NCBI GenBank assembly: GCA_951406725.2
Contig: OX597829.1
Location: forward strand, 17,608,001-17,672,000
From: Octopus vulgaris
Taxonomy: Eukaryota
Direction of reading: 5' to 3'
Length of the DNA: 64,000 nt
The notes below the pieces were generated by a model that was not told the DNA's origin, ran no database searches, and saw nothing but the letters and a program-made list of their open reading frames with translations. Positions 1 through 13,616 of this stretch are shown one piece after another. Position numbers and translations under genes: made by a program. Within the stretch, counting starts at the first letter, position 1; each line of letters opens with the position of its first letter.

Positions 1-209
1 GCCGTTTATATATATAGAGATGTCACATTTCACTACTAGGATTTCTTCTCCAAGCTGCTTAATACTTACTTATTCTGTTTCATTGCAACACTGTCCTAAA
101 GCTTCACAAAGCGATAGAAGCAATTATCCTTCAAGATTGTGACGGAATATATGGACTTTAAGAGACTAACAAAATATTTAATTCATTCAAGACTTTCCAG
201 TGCCAACTT

Positions 210-436
210 AGTGCTAAAACGTTAGCACGTCGGGCGAAATGCTTGGCGGTATTTCGTCTGCCGTTACGTTCTGAGTTCAAATTCCGCTTAGGTCGACTTT
301 GCCTTTCATCCTTTGGGGGGCGATTAAATAAGTACCAGTTACGCACTGGGGTCGACATAATCGACTTAATCCATTTCACTGTCTTTGTTTGTCCCCTCTG
401 TGTTTAGCCCCTTGTGGGTAGTAACGAAATAGGTAT
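210..436 (+). mobile_element. SINE family A copy (tRNA-derived head, 3' end ...GTGGGTAGTAAAGAAATAGGTAT)
   Basis: B-box-like GAGTTCAAATTCC, core GCCTTTCATCCTTTCGGGGTCGAT..AAGTACCAG and tail; the same ~230-bp sequence recurs about 20 times in the window. Confidence 0.9.
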
Positions 437-856
437 GGGGGAATGCACCGTTGCAGCCCATCATTGCATCCTCCATTTCTCAGTATTTATTTAGGTTGTC
501 TTGTGCAACCTTCCGAGCAGCGTCGCAACTAGTCCTCATCTCTGCGAAAACCCCCTCATCTGCCGTGATAATGAGACACCTGTGACCGACCAACACGAGC
601 CGTCACCCCAACCGGATTTTCAGAAGACAGAACCCGACACGCAGAATCCATTTCGGAAAATCGAGCAGCATGGCAACACAGTTTGAGCTGAGGATCACGA
701 ATCCTGCAAGTAACAGGATGCATAATCAGAGATAAATTATTATTAAAGTGTCAAATGACCATTTTTTCTGTTACGTTAGAAATTAAGATATGGAAAATGG
801 AAAATATGCCTTTGTTTGAATGTATTTGTGCGTAGAATTTCAAAGGATTACAAACA

Positions 857-1460
857 GGCGGCGAGCTGGCAGAAACGTTAGCACGCCGGGTGAAACACCT
901 AGCGGTATTTCAGTTGCCGCTACGTTCTGAGTTCAAATTCCACCGAGGTCGATTTTGCCTTTCATCCTTTCGAGGTCGATTCAATAAGTACCAGTTACGC
1001 ACTGGGGTCGATATAATTGACTTAATTCGTTTGTCTGTCCTTATTTGTCCTCTCTGTGTTTATCCCCTTGTGGGTAATAAAGAAATAGCTATTTCGTCTG
1101 TCGCTACGTTCTGAGTTCAAATTCCCCTGAGGTCGACTTTGCCTTTCATCCTTTCGGGGTCGATTAAATAAGTACCAGTTACGCACTGGGGTTGATATAG
1201 TCGACTTAATCCGTTTGTCTGTCCTTGTTTGTCCCCTCTGTGTGTAACCCCTTCTGGGTAATAAAGAAATAGGTATTTCGTCTGCTGTTACGTTCTGAGT
1301 TCAAATTCCACCGAGGTCGACTTTGCCTTCCATCCTTTCGGGGTCGATTAAATAATTACCAGTTACGCACTTAATCGACTATAATCGACTTAATTCGTTT
1401 GTCTGTCCTTGTTTGTCCCCTCTGTGTGTAGCCCCTTGTGGGCAGTAAAGAAATAAGAAA
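857..1460 (+). mobile_element. SINE family A, head plus three tandem body units
   Basis: GGCGGCGAGCTGGCAGAA head; the body restarts at G(G/C)TATTTCGTCTG near 1088 and 1272 directly after each AAAGAAATA tail. Confidence 0.9.
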
Positions 1461-1804
1461 TAAGAAAGTTCTAGGAAGATCCAAAATGGCAGCTGTGTTG
1501 TTCACTGTATCGAGGCTGAGACCTCTATAATTCCCAAAATGTTACTGTGGTCCCATTGAACTTTGAATTGCTCCAGATTTGGAAACACTGGTTTACATCA
1601 CAGGCTACAGTCGTATATAGAGACCCCCAATCGACCAATCACTACTTTATTTCAACGAACACAGAACGATGACATGCAAATTTGATATTGGCTGGATTTG
1701 AAATCAGGACATACTAAATTACTATACATAAAACACTAGAATATAATGCCGGGTGCTCTACCAATTCTGTCCTTTAACTGCTTTTTAAATTATTTTACAT
1801 AGCC

Positions 1805-2141
1805 CATGGTTCCGGGTTCAGTCCCACTGCGTGGCATCTTGGGCAAGTGTCTTCTGCTATAGCCTCGGGCTGACCATAGAGTGGATTTGGTAGATGGAAA
1901 CTGTAAGAAGCCTGTCCTATATATGTATATATGTATATGTATGTGTGTGTCCCCCTAGCATTGCTTGACAACCGATGCTGTTGTGTTTACGTCCCCGTCA
2001 CTTAGAGGTTCGGCAAAAGGGTCCGATAGAATAAGTACTGGGCTTACAAAGAATAAGTCCCGGAGTCGATTTGCTCGACTAAAGGTGGTGCTCCAGCATG
2101 GTCGCAGTCAAATGACTGAAACAAGTAAAAGAGTAAAAGAG
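1805..2141 (+). mobile_element. SINE family B (tRNA head, CORE-like TTGGGCAAGT box, internal microsatellite, GTAAAAGA tail)
   Basis: GGTTCCGGGTTCAGTCCCAC B-box; homologous to copies at 7.3, 14.3, 50.1 and 54.5 kb. Confidence 0.85.
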
Positions 2142-2324
2142 TCTGTTGCCGTGCTTACATTCATTTATTCTCTTTGTATATTAGATGTTCGGGTTAACGT
2201 AATTATCTGATAAAATATTCAGCGTCACCGCTTTCCGTACTTCTGGAATAAAATAAGACAATTTTTTAAAGTTAATATCTAACCAGTTAGATGGGAATTA
2301 GTAAAATTGGTAAACAAGTTAGAG

Positions 2325-2762
2325 GTTTTAATTTTTGGCACAAGAACAGTAATTGCGGGATGGGTGTAAGCCGATTGCATCGACCCCAGTACTTGACTGG
2401 TACTTATTTTATCGATCCCAAAAGAATGAAAGATAAAGTCAACCTGGGTGATATTTGAACTCAAAATGAAAAGCCGGACAAAGTGCGTAAAGCGTTTTGT
2501 CGGATGTGCTAACGATTCTACCAGCTCGCCACTCTAAAGTTGGTAAATAAGATAGTAGTTTCAAACTTTGGAAAAAAGCCACTAATTTCGGTGGTGGATA
2601 TAAGTCATATCGACCCCAGTACTCAATTGGTACTTGTTTTATCGACCTCGAAAGGACAAAAGCTAATGTCGGCATCAGCGACATTTGAACCCGTAACTTA
2701 AACACGGACGAATTACCGCTAAGCATTTTGTCAGGGGTGCTAATGATTCTACTAGCTTGCCA
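2325..2762 (-). mobile_element. Two tandem, older divergent SINE A-related copies
   Basis: Both show degenerate reverse-complement motifs ATCGACCCCAGTAC...GGTACTT..TTTATCGA...TTTGAAC...CTAC(C/T)AGCT(C/T)GCC. Confidence 0.7.
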
Positions 2763-3391
2763 CTCTAATTGGTTAACAAGATATTGGCTGTTAGCTTTAG
2801 GATCAGCAAAGAGTTTAACTTAGAACATACATGTTAAAAAAAATTTTTTCCAGATTTTTTAATGTTTTTAGTTTTCCCACGCAACTAAAATCCGTCAGGT
2901 GCTTTCAGAAGATTTAATAAATCTCGTTAAAAGCTATTTGGCAACGTGTCGTGTGCACCAATTATTTTAAACATAAATTGGAAATTCTAGTTATTCCAGG
3001 TAAAAATCCATTTACTGGAGATAATAAATTGCATAAACAACTTCGTGTTTCTATTTTATATACTTATTAATCATTAACATCATCTTTATACGATTTCTAT
3101 GGTTTCTTCCGTCAAATTTCAGTGTCTTTATTTTTAGGCGATGATTTAACTCAACATTTCTTTATAATAACAGGTTTACAATTTGTTTTGCTGTTCCTTT
3201 CTAACTTTCTTGATTTCCCTTTGTGTATATGCAGGAATATATGTGCGTAAGGCTGTTGTAGTTATACTCGTCGGTGTGTATATACATAAGTACAAACGCA
3301 AACACACATACACACACATATGTATATGCGTAAATATGTATTCATGAATACATATGTCCGATTATGTGTGTCTGTGTATCTGTGTATTGTA

Positions 3392-3444
<53 letters not shown>

Positions 3445-4383
3445 TCTCAGACACACATGTGTCTGAGAGTATACATGTGTACATATATAAGTATATATGT
3501 ACACACACATATATATGTATAAATATATTTATGTGTGTGTGTGTGTGTGTATGAGTGTGTGTGGATAAGTGTGTGTGCGTGTGTGTGCAGTTGTGTGTGT
3601 GAAACGTGTTGGTAATAGGCTGTTATTCTTCCTTTTTTTCCTCCTTTTTATTAATTGTTGTTTAGTTTCCAAGCTTAATAAACCTGTTATATTCATTATC
3701 TTTCTTCCTTTTTTTTTCCGACAGAACGAAACACCTGTTCTTACCCAATGACACGGTGACTGCATTTAAAGGAATGCCTGGGCAAAGGAGTTAATAGATG
3801 TTTTTTTTTTTACCTGGGATCTTGAAAAAGGCAAAAAAAAAAAAGAAAAAATGTTGAAAGAAATACACGTTATTCGCTGAGTTGACAAGAATGATAATCT
3901 CTTCTTTATTGGTTGCAATGAAGTGGATAGGGTTTCACACATACATGCAAAACCTTCTTTATACGAAAAGGCTGCAAAGAAAAAATAAAATCTCGTTGTA
4001 GAAATACAATAAAATAGAGGAGGAGCACAAACGTAAAAGAACATAAATAACAGATTAAATCTGTTTTTAACAATATATAGCAAACACAAGCACGTATGAT
4101 GAAGAATGAACTGTTACATATAAAAATCAATCACACCCCGATGTGCCGGTTGTTTTGCACTCTGTTAGCTACCCGTCCCCTAGTGCACTTGAAGCATAAA
4201 CAAATCCTCGGTGCTCTCGCACGTTCAAATTCACCCCGAGGAGTCAAATTAACATCAGATTTCTAATTGTAGAGCACTTGCATCTCAACTTTCGGTTTTT
4301 TTCCTCCTGGACTTGGTCGCAGAGATATATTCCTCAACCGTTTTACTTGATTCTACCAAACAATCTCTTTCATCATAAATACT

Positions 4384-4925
4384 TGGCACTCCGCCAGTTA
4401 CTATGATGAGTGTTCCAGGTGATCTGATCAATGGAAGAGTCTGCTTATGATATTAATGTACAAGTAAGGCAGCGAGCTGTCAGAAATGTTTGCACGCCGG
4501 GCGAAATGCGTAGCTGTATTTCGTCTGCCGTTACGTTCTGAGTTCAAATTTGCCTTTCATCCTTTCGGGGTCGATAAATTAAGTACCAGTTACGCACTGG
4601 TGTCGATGTATCGACATAATCCGTTTGTCTGTCCTTGTTTGTCCCTTCTATGTTTAGACCCTTGTGGGTAATAAAGAAACATATTAATGTTCAAGTGGCT
4701 GTGCACTCCACAGACACGCGTTCCCTTAACGTAGTTCTCAGGGAGATTCAGCGTGACACAGAGGGTGACAAGGCTGACCCTTTGAAATACAGGTACTACT
4801 TATTTTTGCCAGCTGAGTGGAGCAACGTCAAATAAACAGACTGCCTTGCTCAAGAACATAAGCACTGTCGGGAATCGAACTCATGACGTTATGCTTATGA
4901 ACCAATTACACTAACCACTAAGTGA
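4384..4925 (-). mobile_element. SINE family C (tRNA head, V-SINE-like TCCTTGAGCAAG core) interrupted by a SINE A
   Basis: Homologous to 36025-36825 and 45770-45970; reverse strand has TAGTGGTTAG A-box and GAGTTCGATTCC B-box near 4870-4920. Confidence 0.8.
4468..4680 (+). mobile_element. SINE A inserted in SINE C with ~16-bp TSD
   Basis: ATATTAATGT(A/T)CAAGT at 4450-4465 and 4681-4696. Confidence 0.9.
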
Positions 4926-5183
4926 CTCGTCTACATTGGCATACCACACAACGGAAAAAACACCCTTTGTTTTCCTCGACAGATAACTCGGTTGGAGCTA
5001 AATCTGTCTTGCACTCAATAAGTAGTTGGATGTAGTTCCATATAGCACTAATGCATGCGGCCTGAAAGGTGTCCAGAGAATCGTTTTCTTGTACCACTGA
5101 CAGGTTTGATTCGCAGTGTTCTGAACTGGTAATTCTCATGGAGCATTGTCAGGTCAAATATTTCAGCAAGTTGTCCATACACC

Positions 5184-5437
5184 TATTTCTTTACTACCCA
5201 CAAGGGGCTAAACACAGGAAGGACAAACAAGGACAGACAAACAGATTAAGTCGATTATATCGACCCCAGTGCGTGACTAGTACTTATTCTATCGACCCCG
5301 AAAGGATGAAAGGCAAAGTCGACCTCGGCGGAATTTGAACTCAGAACGTAACGGCAGACGAAATACCTATCTCTTTACTACCCACAGACGAAATACCGCT
5401 AAGCATTTCGCCTGGCGTGCTGACGCCTCTGCCAGCT
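5184..5437 (-). mobile_element. SINE A with perfect 19-bp TSD
   Basis: AGCAAGTTGTCCATACACC at 5165-5183 and 5438-5456. Confidence 0.92.
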
Positions 5438-6362
5438 AGCAAGTTGTCCATACACCACCGGCGGAAAGTCTTGTGAAAGCCAAATACATTGCTGGCTATC
5501 ATAAATGACACTGAAAATGTTGTCGATCACAGCAGCAGCTACCAACCGTCTACAGAATGCTTTCGATCCCGTACAATGAACCTTTGGCCGAGGACAATGA
5601 ACCCTTGACCACATATAAGGTATCCAGGCGCTCAACATTAATCTTTGCTTGGTTCTGCACTTGTTCTATGTCTGTTAAGGACATACGTTGTAGTAAATTG
5701 TGCTTCGCTAGCAGTTAGTACATTGACATGTCGTGTGGAAATCTTGATAATTTGCAAACGCGATGTAACGAAAACTTGGTGCAAATTGTATTGGCAGCAG
5801 ATTGCCGCCGATACTACGATAAGAGGTGAAAGACCTTTACACTAAACTCACTTTAGATTAAACATAAGGCAATGCATGTGATGGACAGGTAGTTACATAT
5901 ATATATAATCTACCAAATATATACGTTATTATTATTATTTTGCAATTTACTTAATCATCGGTATATTATTGTTATTTTAATTTTAATATTTCTATTATAT
6001 GTAATTTTCTAGATGGTGTAACTTAATTGTTCATTTTGAATTGATAAAGGATGTTTTTTCTAATTCTTATATATATATATATATAAATTATATTTTGTGA
6101 AATTTGATTTAGTATTTCTAAATTGAATTTTTCCCTGTAAGTTAGGAATAATATTCCTTCAAATAATTATTATATATATATATATATATATACATATTAT
6201 ATTAAATTAGAGATAAAACCACTATTAGGCAAATCAAACAGTGAAAAACATAAGCCAATACATAAAATTAATTTTAAAATATAAAAGTTAAAAATTAAAA
6301 AATTATTTAAATAATTTAAACTTATAAATTTTAAATATAAATATATTTATCTTTTATTAAAC

Positions 6363-6400
<38 letters not shown>

Positions 6401-6729
6401 ATCATGTAACCGTTCACCACCTTTGCTCCATCTTTGAAGATTGTATTTATCCCATTTTCAGGTGAAGCAATCTACCAAAATCCTATCCCTCGTTTCCAGT
6501 TTATTATTCATCTAGATACTAATTACAAAATAGGCAATAATCTGCTGTTACTGAATCGCCAGTCCAGTGATAGGCGGCAGTATGCTGTGAGCATTCACTT
6601 TTATCCCCAAGTGACACATTGCAAGCTAATTGTCTTCTTGCTGGATACTTGTTGTTGTAGCGGCATACCCTGTCAGTGTAGCGTCAGCCAACACAGTACC
6701 TGCTATACACAACACATTGATGATGTATA

Positions 6730-6905
6730 TCTGTTTCTTTATTGCCCTCCAGGGGCTAAACACAGAGGGAACAAACAAGGACAGACAGACGGATTAAGTC
6801 GATTACATCGACCCCAGTGCGTAACTGGTACTTAATTTATCGACCCCGAAGGGATGAAAGACAAAGTCGATCTCAGGCGGAATTTGAACTCAGAACGTAA
6901 CGGCA
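6730..6905 (-). mobile_element. 5'-truncated SINE A
   Basis: Reverse complement of the SINE A body and tail. Confidence 0.85.
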
Positions 6906-7294
6906 TCAGTGATTCTCAGCCGGTGTCTATATGGTCCCTGTGAACCCGGACCACGTGTTTGAGAAGTAAACTTCTTACCATTCATCCATTCCTGCGCCCA
7001 TGTCACGATATTTTATATAGTTGGTAGCAGAGTTTTATTCTAAGACTACAACTCAATTACCAACTAATGAACTCATTATTTCCATATATTGTTTAATGCA
7101 GAGACAGAGCCACATTGTCTCATTCCACAAACGGTATTTTGACTCCATATTGCTTTTATCTATTACAGCCAGCCATCTTTTCGTTCTCTGGCGTAATGTT
7201 CTCTCTCTCTATATATATATATGTAAAACATATATATATGTAAAACATAAGGCAAGTTATGAGATGCACAGGTAGTTATGTATATCAGAGATGA

Positions 7295-7448
7295 TGTAAT
7301 CGTTGTGACTGTGTGGTAAGTAGCTTGTTTACCAACCACATGGTTCCGAGTTCAGTCCCACTGCGTGGCGCCTTGTCTTCTACTATAGCCTCGGGTCGAC
7401 CAAAGCCTTGTGAGTGGATTTGGTAGACGGAAACTGAAAGCCCGTCGA

Positions 7449-7513
<65 letters not shown>

Positions 7514-7730
7514 AATATATGTTTGTGTGTCAGTGTTTGTCCCCCCAACATCGCTTGTCAACTGATGCTGGTGTGTTTACGTCTCCGTAACTTAGCGGTC
7601 CGGCAAAAGAGACAGATAGAATAAGTACTAGGCTTACAAAGAATAAGTCCTGGGATCGATCTGCTCGACTAAAGGCGGTGCTCCGGTATGGCCACAGTCA
7701 AATGACTGAAAGTAGTAAAAGAGTAAAAGA

Positions 7731-7732
<2 letters not shown>
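7295..7732 (+). mobile_element. SINE family B, near full length, with internal (TA)n
   Basis: TGTGGTAAG A-box, GAGTTCAGTCCC B-box, (TA)n at ~7452-7508, tail AGTAAAAGAGTAAAAGAG. Confidence 0.88.
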
Positions 7733-7776
<44 letters not shown>

Positions 7777-8556
7777 TTATGTATGTAAGTAAATATTTCA
7801 TTTCCCTACTTGTTGCCCTTGTTGTACCAAGTATTATTGTTGCAGTCGTTATAATACATGATATTTATTTGTTTTGTTTAAATTCTTTCCATTTTGCACA
7901 TATATATATTTTCCGTCCTTCTGTCATCCATACAAGCTTTTTGTTATTGCTATTTTCGTCCCCTCTGATTGATAACACACATCTTCATTTTAAGCAAATT
8001 ATTTTACACTGTATTAGAATTTCTTTCACCGTCATCTTCGTGATTCTTAATATTGTTATTCGAAACCACACCGCAGAACTGTAACAGCCGTTATCTTGTT
8101 GTACAATTTCAATGTTGAATAACCCCCCTACGCATTTCCTAAATCAACATCGTTTTATTTAATTATTTCAAAATTTTTTTATTTTTTTATTCTATTCACC
8201 CACGACCAACCGACCGACCAGCCGACAGATCATGCGGCTGCTAAGTTCATTAATCTGCTTACTGTATTCGCTAAAACTGTTCAAAACTAGATAGGACACG
8301 ACCATTCTTCTTGTCTTGCGTACGTGTATGTTGTGCGGCGAGTGAGTGTATTTCTTTTCATTTATTTATTTATTCGTTCACTTGTTTTGCCTAACCTCGT
8401 CACGTTAGAAGTAAATTCAAATTCATCTTCTTATCTTCATTTTGATAGCCCAGTTTCATATGTGTGTGTGTGTGTGTCTGCGTGTATAGGTATATGTTTA
8501 TATGTATATATATATATATATAAGACACACATAGTTTTATACATCTGTATGTATGC

Positions 8557-8623
<67 letters not shown>

Positions 8624-8660
8624 GGCAAGCAACACGTTGCTTAGCCACACACAAACACAC

Positions 8661-8702
<42 letters not shown>

Positions 8703-8999
8703 CTTTTTTTAAACCTGATACTTATTCTATCGTTCTCTTTCGCAGAACCGCTATGTTATTGGATGTAAACAAACCATATATATATATATACATGTATATG
8801 TATATATGTGTGCACATATTTGTGTCCCTGTTTGTCCCTCGCCACCGCTTGACAATCGGTGTTGGTTTGTTTACGTCCAATAACTTAGAGAACGATAGAA
8901 TAAATATCAGGTTTAAAAAAAAAAGATAGTACTCACGTCTCAGCATGACCACGGTCTAATGACTGAAACATGTAAAAGAATAAAAGAACAGAAGACTAT

Positions 9000-9125
<126 letters not shown>

Positions 9126-9423
9126 AAATATGAATTAGAGATAAAACCACTATTATGCAACTCAAACTTATTATATTATATTTATCTTTCATTTTATACT
9201 TTTTGGAAAAATATATAAATAAATAAATATAAAAATTGATATATATATATATATACTATATATTTTATTTGTTATTTGTGTATTGGTTTATGTCTATCAC
9301 TGTTTGTGTTGCATAATAGTGGTTTTATCTCTAATTCATATTTTATAAATTTATACTGTGAAATTTGATTTAATACTAAATTGAATTTTTCCCTGTAAGT
9401 TTTAGTTATACTCCCTAATATTA

Positions 9424-9478
<55 letters not shown>

Positions 9479-11851
9479 TATATATATATACTGACCACCG
9501 TAAACTGTCCGTTTCACAAATTCTCTCGCTATGCATTGTTCGTTCCGGGATAAAGCGTGTACGGATATGCTAAATTGTTTAACGCGTTGAGTTTGTGCTG
9601 TGAACGTTTTGCAAGTGTATTGAGCGGAGATTCTGTTGAACATATGCAACATACGGTGTTTCTGTTGCGTAGTTTAATTTTAGGCCATACTTGGTTAAAA
9701 GCCGTGACCAAACTGTAATTTTAGGACTATCTGAGTCTACATTACCCAGTTGCATCCATGTTCCAGTTTCATAACTATGTAGATTTTATTTGAGGAAGAT
9801 TTTGGTACATCTTCTGGGGAAGCGGAGGTTATCGTTCACGTAAAGTTTCTGTTTCGGCTTGAAAAGAAGTAAAATGAAGTGTGGGGTGGAGTAAACGATG
9901 CAATTACGGAATACTGAAAGCACAAGATCCGCCGCTCGGAATACTACAACTGGTGTAACCTTTCAGTTTTCGTTCGTTGTCTAAGAGTTCAAATAAATAA
10001 CTCGGAAGACTTCCGAAAAGATGAGAAGACGACGTTAATTGAACATTACGAAATGGAAGAGAAGGTTGCAATTTAGGGACGAGTGGAATGGCATTGTGAC
10101 CAGCGATATTCAAGGTGTTCTGATAGCCTGATGGGGGTAGAAAATTTAAGATTTGTGGTTGTGATGAGAGGTGTAGTTCACAAATTGTGCGAGTTGGTTG
10201 AATACGTCTTGTGAAATGAATACGGTACCTAATAGAACGATATAATTCGTGAAATGTGTGCAGTACTTAAGAGAGATTTTGATTTTGATTTTTCCAGTTT
10301 CAGCTAATGAGCTGTGGCCATGCTGGGGCACCGCCATTAAGGATGAAAGGCAAAGTCGACCTCGGCGGAATTTGAACTCACAACGTAACGGCAGACGAAA
10401 TACGCAAAGCATTTTGCCCGGCGTGCTAACGCTTCTCCCAGCTTGCCGCCTTGATGTATAATAAATAAAATGTGTACGATACCTAACAGCTTTATAATTA
10501 ATGAAATGTTACCGAAGCAAAAGAGAGAGAGAGAGATTCAAAATACCATTCTTAATAGCTGTCTTCATTACCTTAGATATGTTAGAGGAGAAATGAAAAT
10601 AACGATAGTTTTGGCAAGTTCAGAGAGCATGGTTTTGTTTTTCTTTGAGGTGTGCTTTCAAGTGTCAGGATATATCTTTGTAGGCAGAGACAGACCAAAG
10701 AGTTTGGTGACTATAGAAGCAAGTTCAGGAGAGGAACGCTTGATTGTATTGTAATTAAAGATTTTACTACCTATACTTTAATTATAGCTACTGTTTTTTA
10801 TTGTTAAACCTGTCACACACATTTGGTTTATTCCTAACGGAAGAGGTATTCCCACTTTTCAAAGCTTTTTATCTATCTTATCCAATTGTCACATTCAGTC
10901 GTTTTTAGGAAAAGGTATTCCAGTACAGGAGGATTCGATTTTAGTCTGTGTCTATGAGGCTATCTAGAAAGCAGATTATGAAAAAAAAAATATAAGAACA
11001 ATATAATAATTGTGTAACTCTATAAAAATGAGGAAAATATATCGACATTTCGGGTTATTCTTCTTTGCCAGAACAGAGAGAGTGAGAAATGTTCACAATA
11101 GCTTTTTTCCTGTCTTTAGACTAAACACGAATATTGCCTCACAGTTGAAGGCTCCCAAAGCTCCGATGGCGCTACTAAAGCGGGTGGCCATTTAAATCTA
11201 TTGTCCAAGAATAGGAACGATTTTTTCCTCCAACTACCTTCCTCATAGTTTCTATGTAGCCAATGATATTGATCGATCGGAATCTAAGGCACATAAGTTA
11301 CTGGAATCAAGATTCTTGATTACTAAATGCTTAAAATATGAAACTCCAAATTCGTACATGCCCCTGCTTATTACGTAGTATTTTCTGTTCAGCAGAGCAA
11401 AGATTTAGTTGCAGACATTTTATTTATTTACTTCTTCGTGTTCTTCATTAAAATTTTTTTTTCTCTTATTTGTGAATTAATTATTTCGAGAGAAATTAAG
11501 GGATGCAAATTTTGAAGTCTGTGACTATCAGTATAAACGTCATACTTTTAAAATATAGTGGCATATGAGCGTTTACGTCATTTAATTTTATTGTGAACAA
11601 ACGAGAGGATATTGTTTCTGTATGTTCATCCTGCTAAAACGAGCCGGAAGTATTGCCTCAAACCAACATCCATGCCTTTCCTGAAACAACGCAGCCAATC
11701 CACCCCCTTATTTCACTGCAGCTAAAAAGATGTGTAAAATCACAGTCAATAAAAATGGGTGGGGCGGGTCAAAGATCATGTGTTAGAAATCCTAGTCTTG
11801 CCGATTCTTATTGCATCCATAGCGAGTGAAGTGGGAGAAGAGAGACGAAGC

Positions 11852-12038
11852 AGAAGAAGAAGAAGAAGAAGAAGAAGAAGAAGAAGAAGAAGAAGAAGAA
11901 GAAGAAGAAGAAGAAGAAGAAGAAGAAGAAGAAGGGGAAGAAGAAGAAGAAGAAGAAGAAGAAGAAGAAGAAGAAGAAGAAGAAGAAGGGGAAGAAGAAG
12001 AAGAAGAAGGGGAAGAAGAAGAAGAAGAAGAAGGGGAA
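11852..12038. repeat. (GAA)n microsatellite with GGG interruptions
   Basis: Direct reading; source of the poly-E/R/L ORFs. Confidence 0.98.
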
Positions 12039-12737
12039 GCTGTGTCATTTATTGGCGTTGTTGTTGTTGAGTTCGTTTCCTTCTCGCGTGTTTGTTGTTA
12101 ATTCGTTTATTTATTGTAGTTTTTTTTTGCTGGTGGTAGTTGTGATGGAAGTGGTAGTATATTTTTTGCAATTCCTCCTTTTGTTTTTTTCAGTTTCCTT
12201 GCTTTTCTCGACTACTCCTCGTTCGCATGGTTAGAGGTTTTGGGATCGGAACACTTCTACTTGTACAGATTCGTTTATGTCCCCGTAAATTAGCGTTTCG
12301 GCATAAAAGAGACCGATAGACTAAATACCAAGCTTAAAAGAAAATAAGTACCGGAGTCAATTGATTCGATTACAAACAATGCGCTTCAAGGTGGTGCTCC
12401 AGCATGGCAACAGTCTATTGCCTCTAACAGATATCTTTTCTTTTATGTGTATGTCAGTGTTTGTGCCTTGAGGAAAGGAGACAGTAAGTGCCAATTTGCG
12501 ATATCCACCGGGTGGTAGTTTTTTATGTTGCAATCGAAATTTTCTGCTACTTCAGTTATTAATGCTAACGAAGTAGATGATGATGGTTCTTCTACGGTCT
12601 TCGCTGTTTCCACGGTTCCTGATCCTATTCTAGGAATTCCATTGTTGTCAGTGTTGTTGTTTTTATTGTTGCACATTGTTCATGCTAGTTGCAGCTGTTA
12701 CAACTACTTCTGTTGTTGTCGCTGTTGCTGTTGCTGT

Positions 12738-13050
12738 TGAGCGGTCCGGTCGGTCCGGAACGTGGTCCTTTGCTATTCGTAAGAACCGCAGAAGAGAGAG
12801 CATCGACGGAGGGATGAATGCGCATCCAGGCTCAGCGGTTGCGTAGGAAGTCGGGAACAAGAAACAGGAAGAAAGAGTGAAAGAAAGTTGGGGCGATAGA
12901 GTACAACAGGGATCGCCACCACCCCCTGCCGGAACATCGTGGAGTTTTAGGTGTTTTCGCTCAATAAATACACAACGCCCGGTCTGGGAATCGAAACCGC
13001 GATCCTCCGACCGCGAGTCCGCTGTCCTAATCACTGGGCCATTGCGCCCC
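12738..13050 (-). mobile_element. SINE family D, tail type 1
   Basis: Minus strand GGCGCAATGGCCCAGTGATTAGGACAGCGGACTCGCGGTC...GGTTTCGATTCCCAGACC tRNA-like head shared with the 15911 and 23266 copies; ends in (CAACAG)n. Confidence 0.8.
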
Positions 13051-13616
13051 CTGTCGCTGTTGCTCAGATGAAGTACTCTTGATTCTACGCCCGTACTTCA
13101 TCTCTATAACATTATCTAGCGTAATTATGACGTTCCCTAATAAATTTATTTCACCAAATATTATTAACTATTAAATCAAACACTGTATTCTACACTTATA
13201 TTACTACTTCATGGCGATATGAAGATCTAGCTGAGGTTACTACTCTTCCTACAACTTTGCCCCAGGCAGCTAACTTATTACTTCGGTTATTTTCCAGTTC
13301 CCATGCGTGTCACATCCTAACACTTACTATTGGTATCTTTTCGTGTTTCAATTTCTTCTACGACCAACGAACATAAACTCATACATATGTGCGTGAGGCT
13401 GTTTTTTTTCTTCTTATGCGTGTGAATTTAAGCCTGTATAACTATACGTGTAACTTTGTTCACCTGTCTCATTTCAAACAGTTTTTGCAGCATGATTTTT
13501 TTTTTTATTTCTATCCTTACCTTTAGGTAACTTCCGGCATACGTTTACGTGTATATATACCGTTTGTGTGTACTTACACACACACATGCGCACACGCTCA
13601 AGCTCATGTACACACA

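Noticed and set aside
158-379. Recurring peptide KDERQSRPRRNLNSER
   Set aside because: Antisense translation of SINE A, repeated wherever the SINE occurs
490-715. GC-richer segment as a coding exon (ORF 501-686)
   Set aside because: No recognisable domain, non-ATG start and no convincing splice pair
4960-5720. Possible PIF1/Helitron helicase remnant (QDFPPV..EIFDLTML) on the minus strand
   Set aside because: Only one loose motif resemblance; not supportable without a profile search
12975-13050. tRNA gene (also at 15911 and 23266)
   Set aside because: A/B boxes are present but there is no complete cloverleaf and the sequence continues into a shared SINE body
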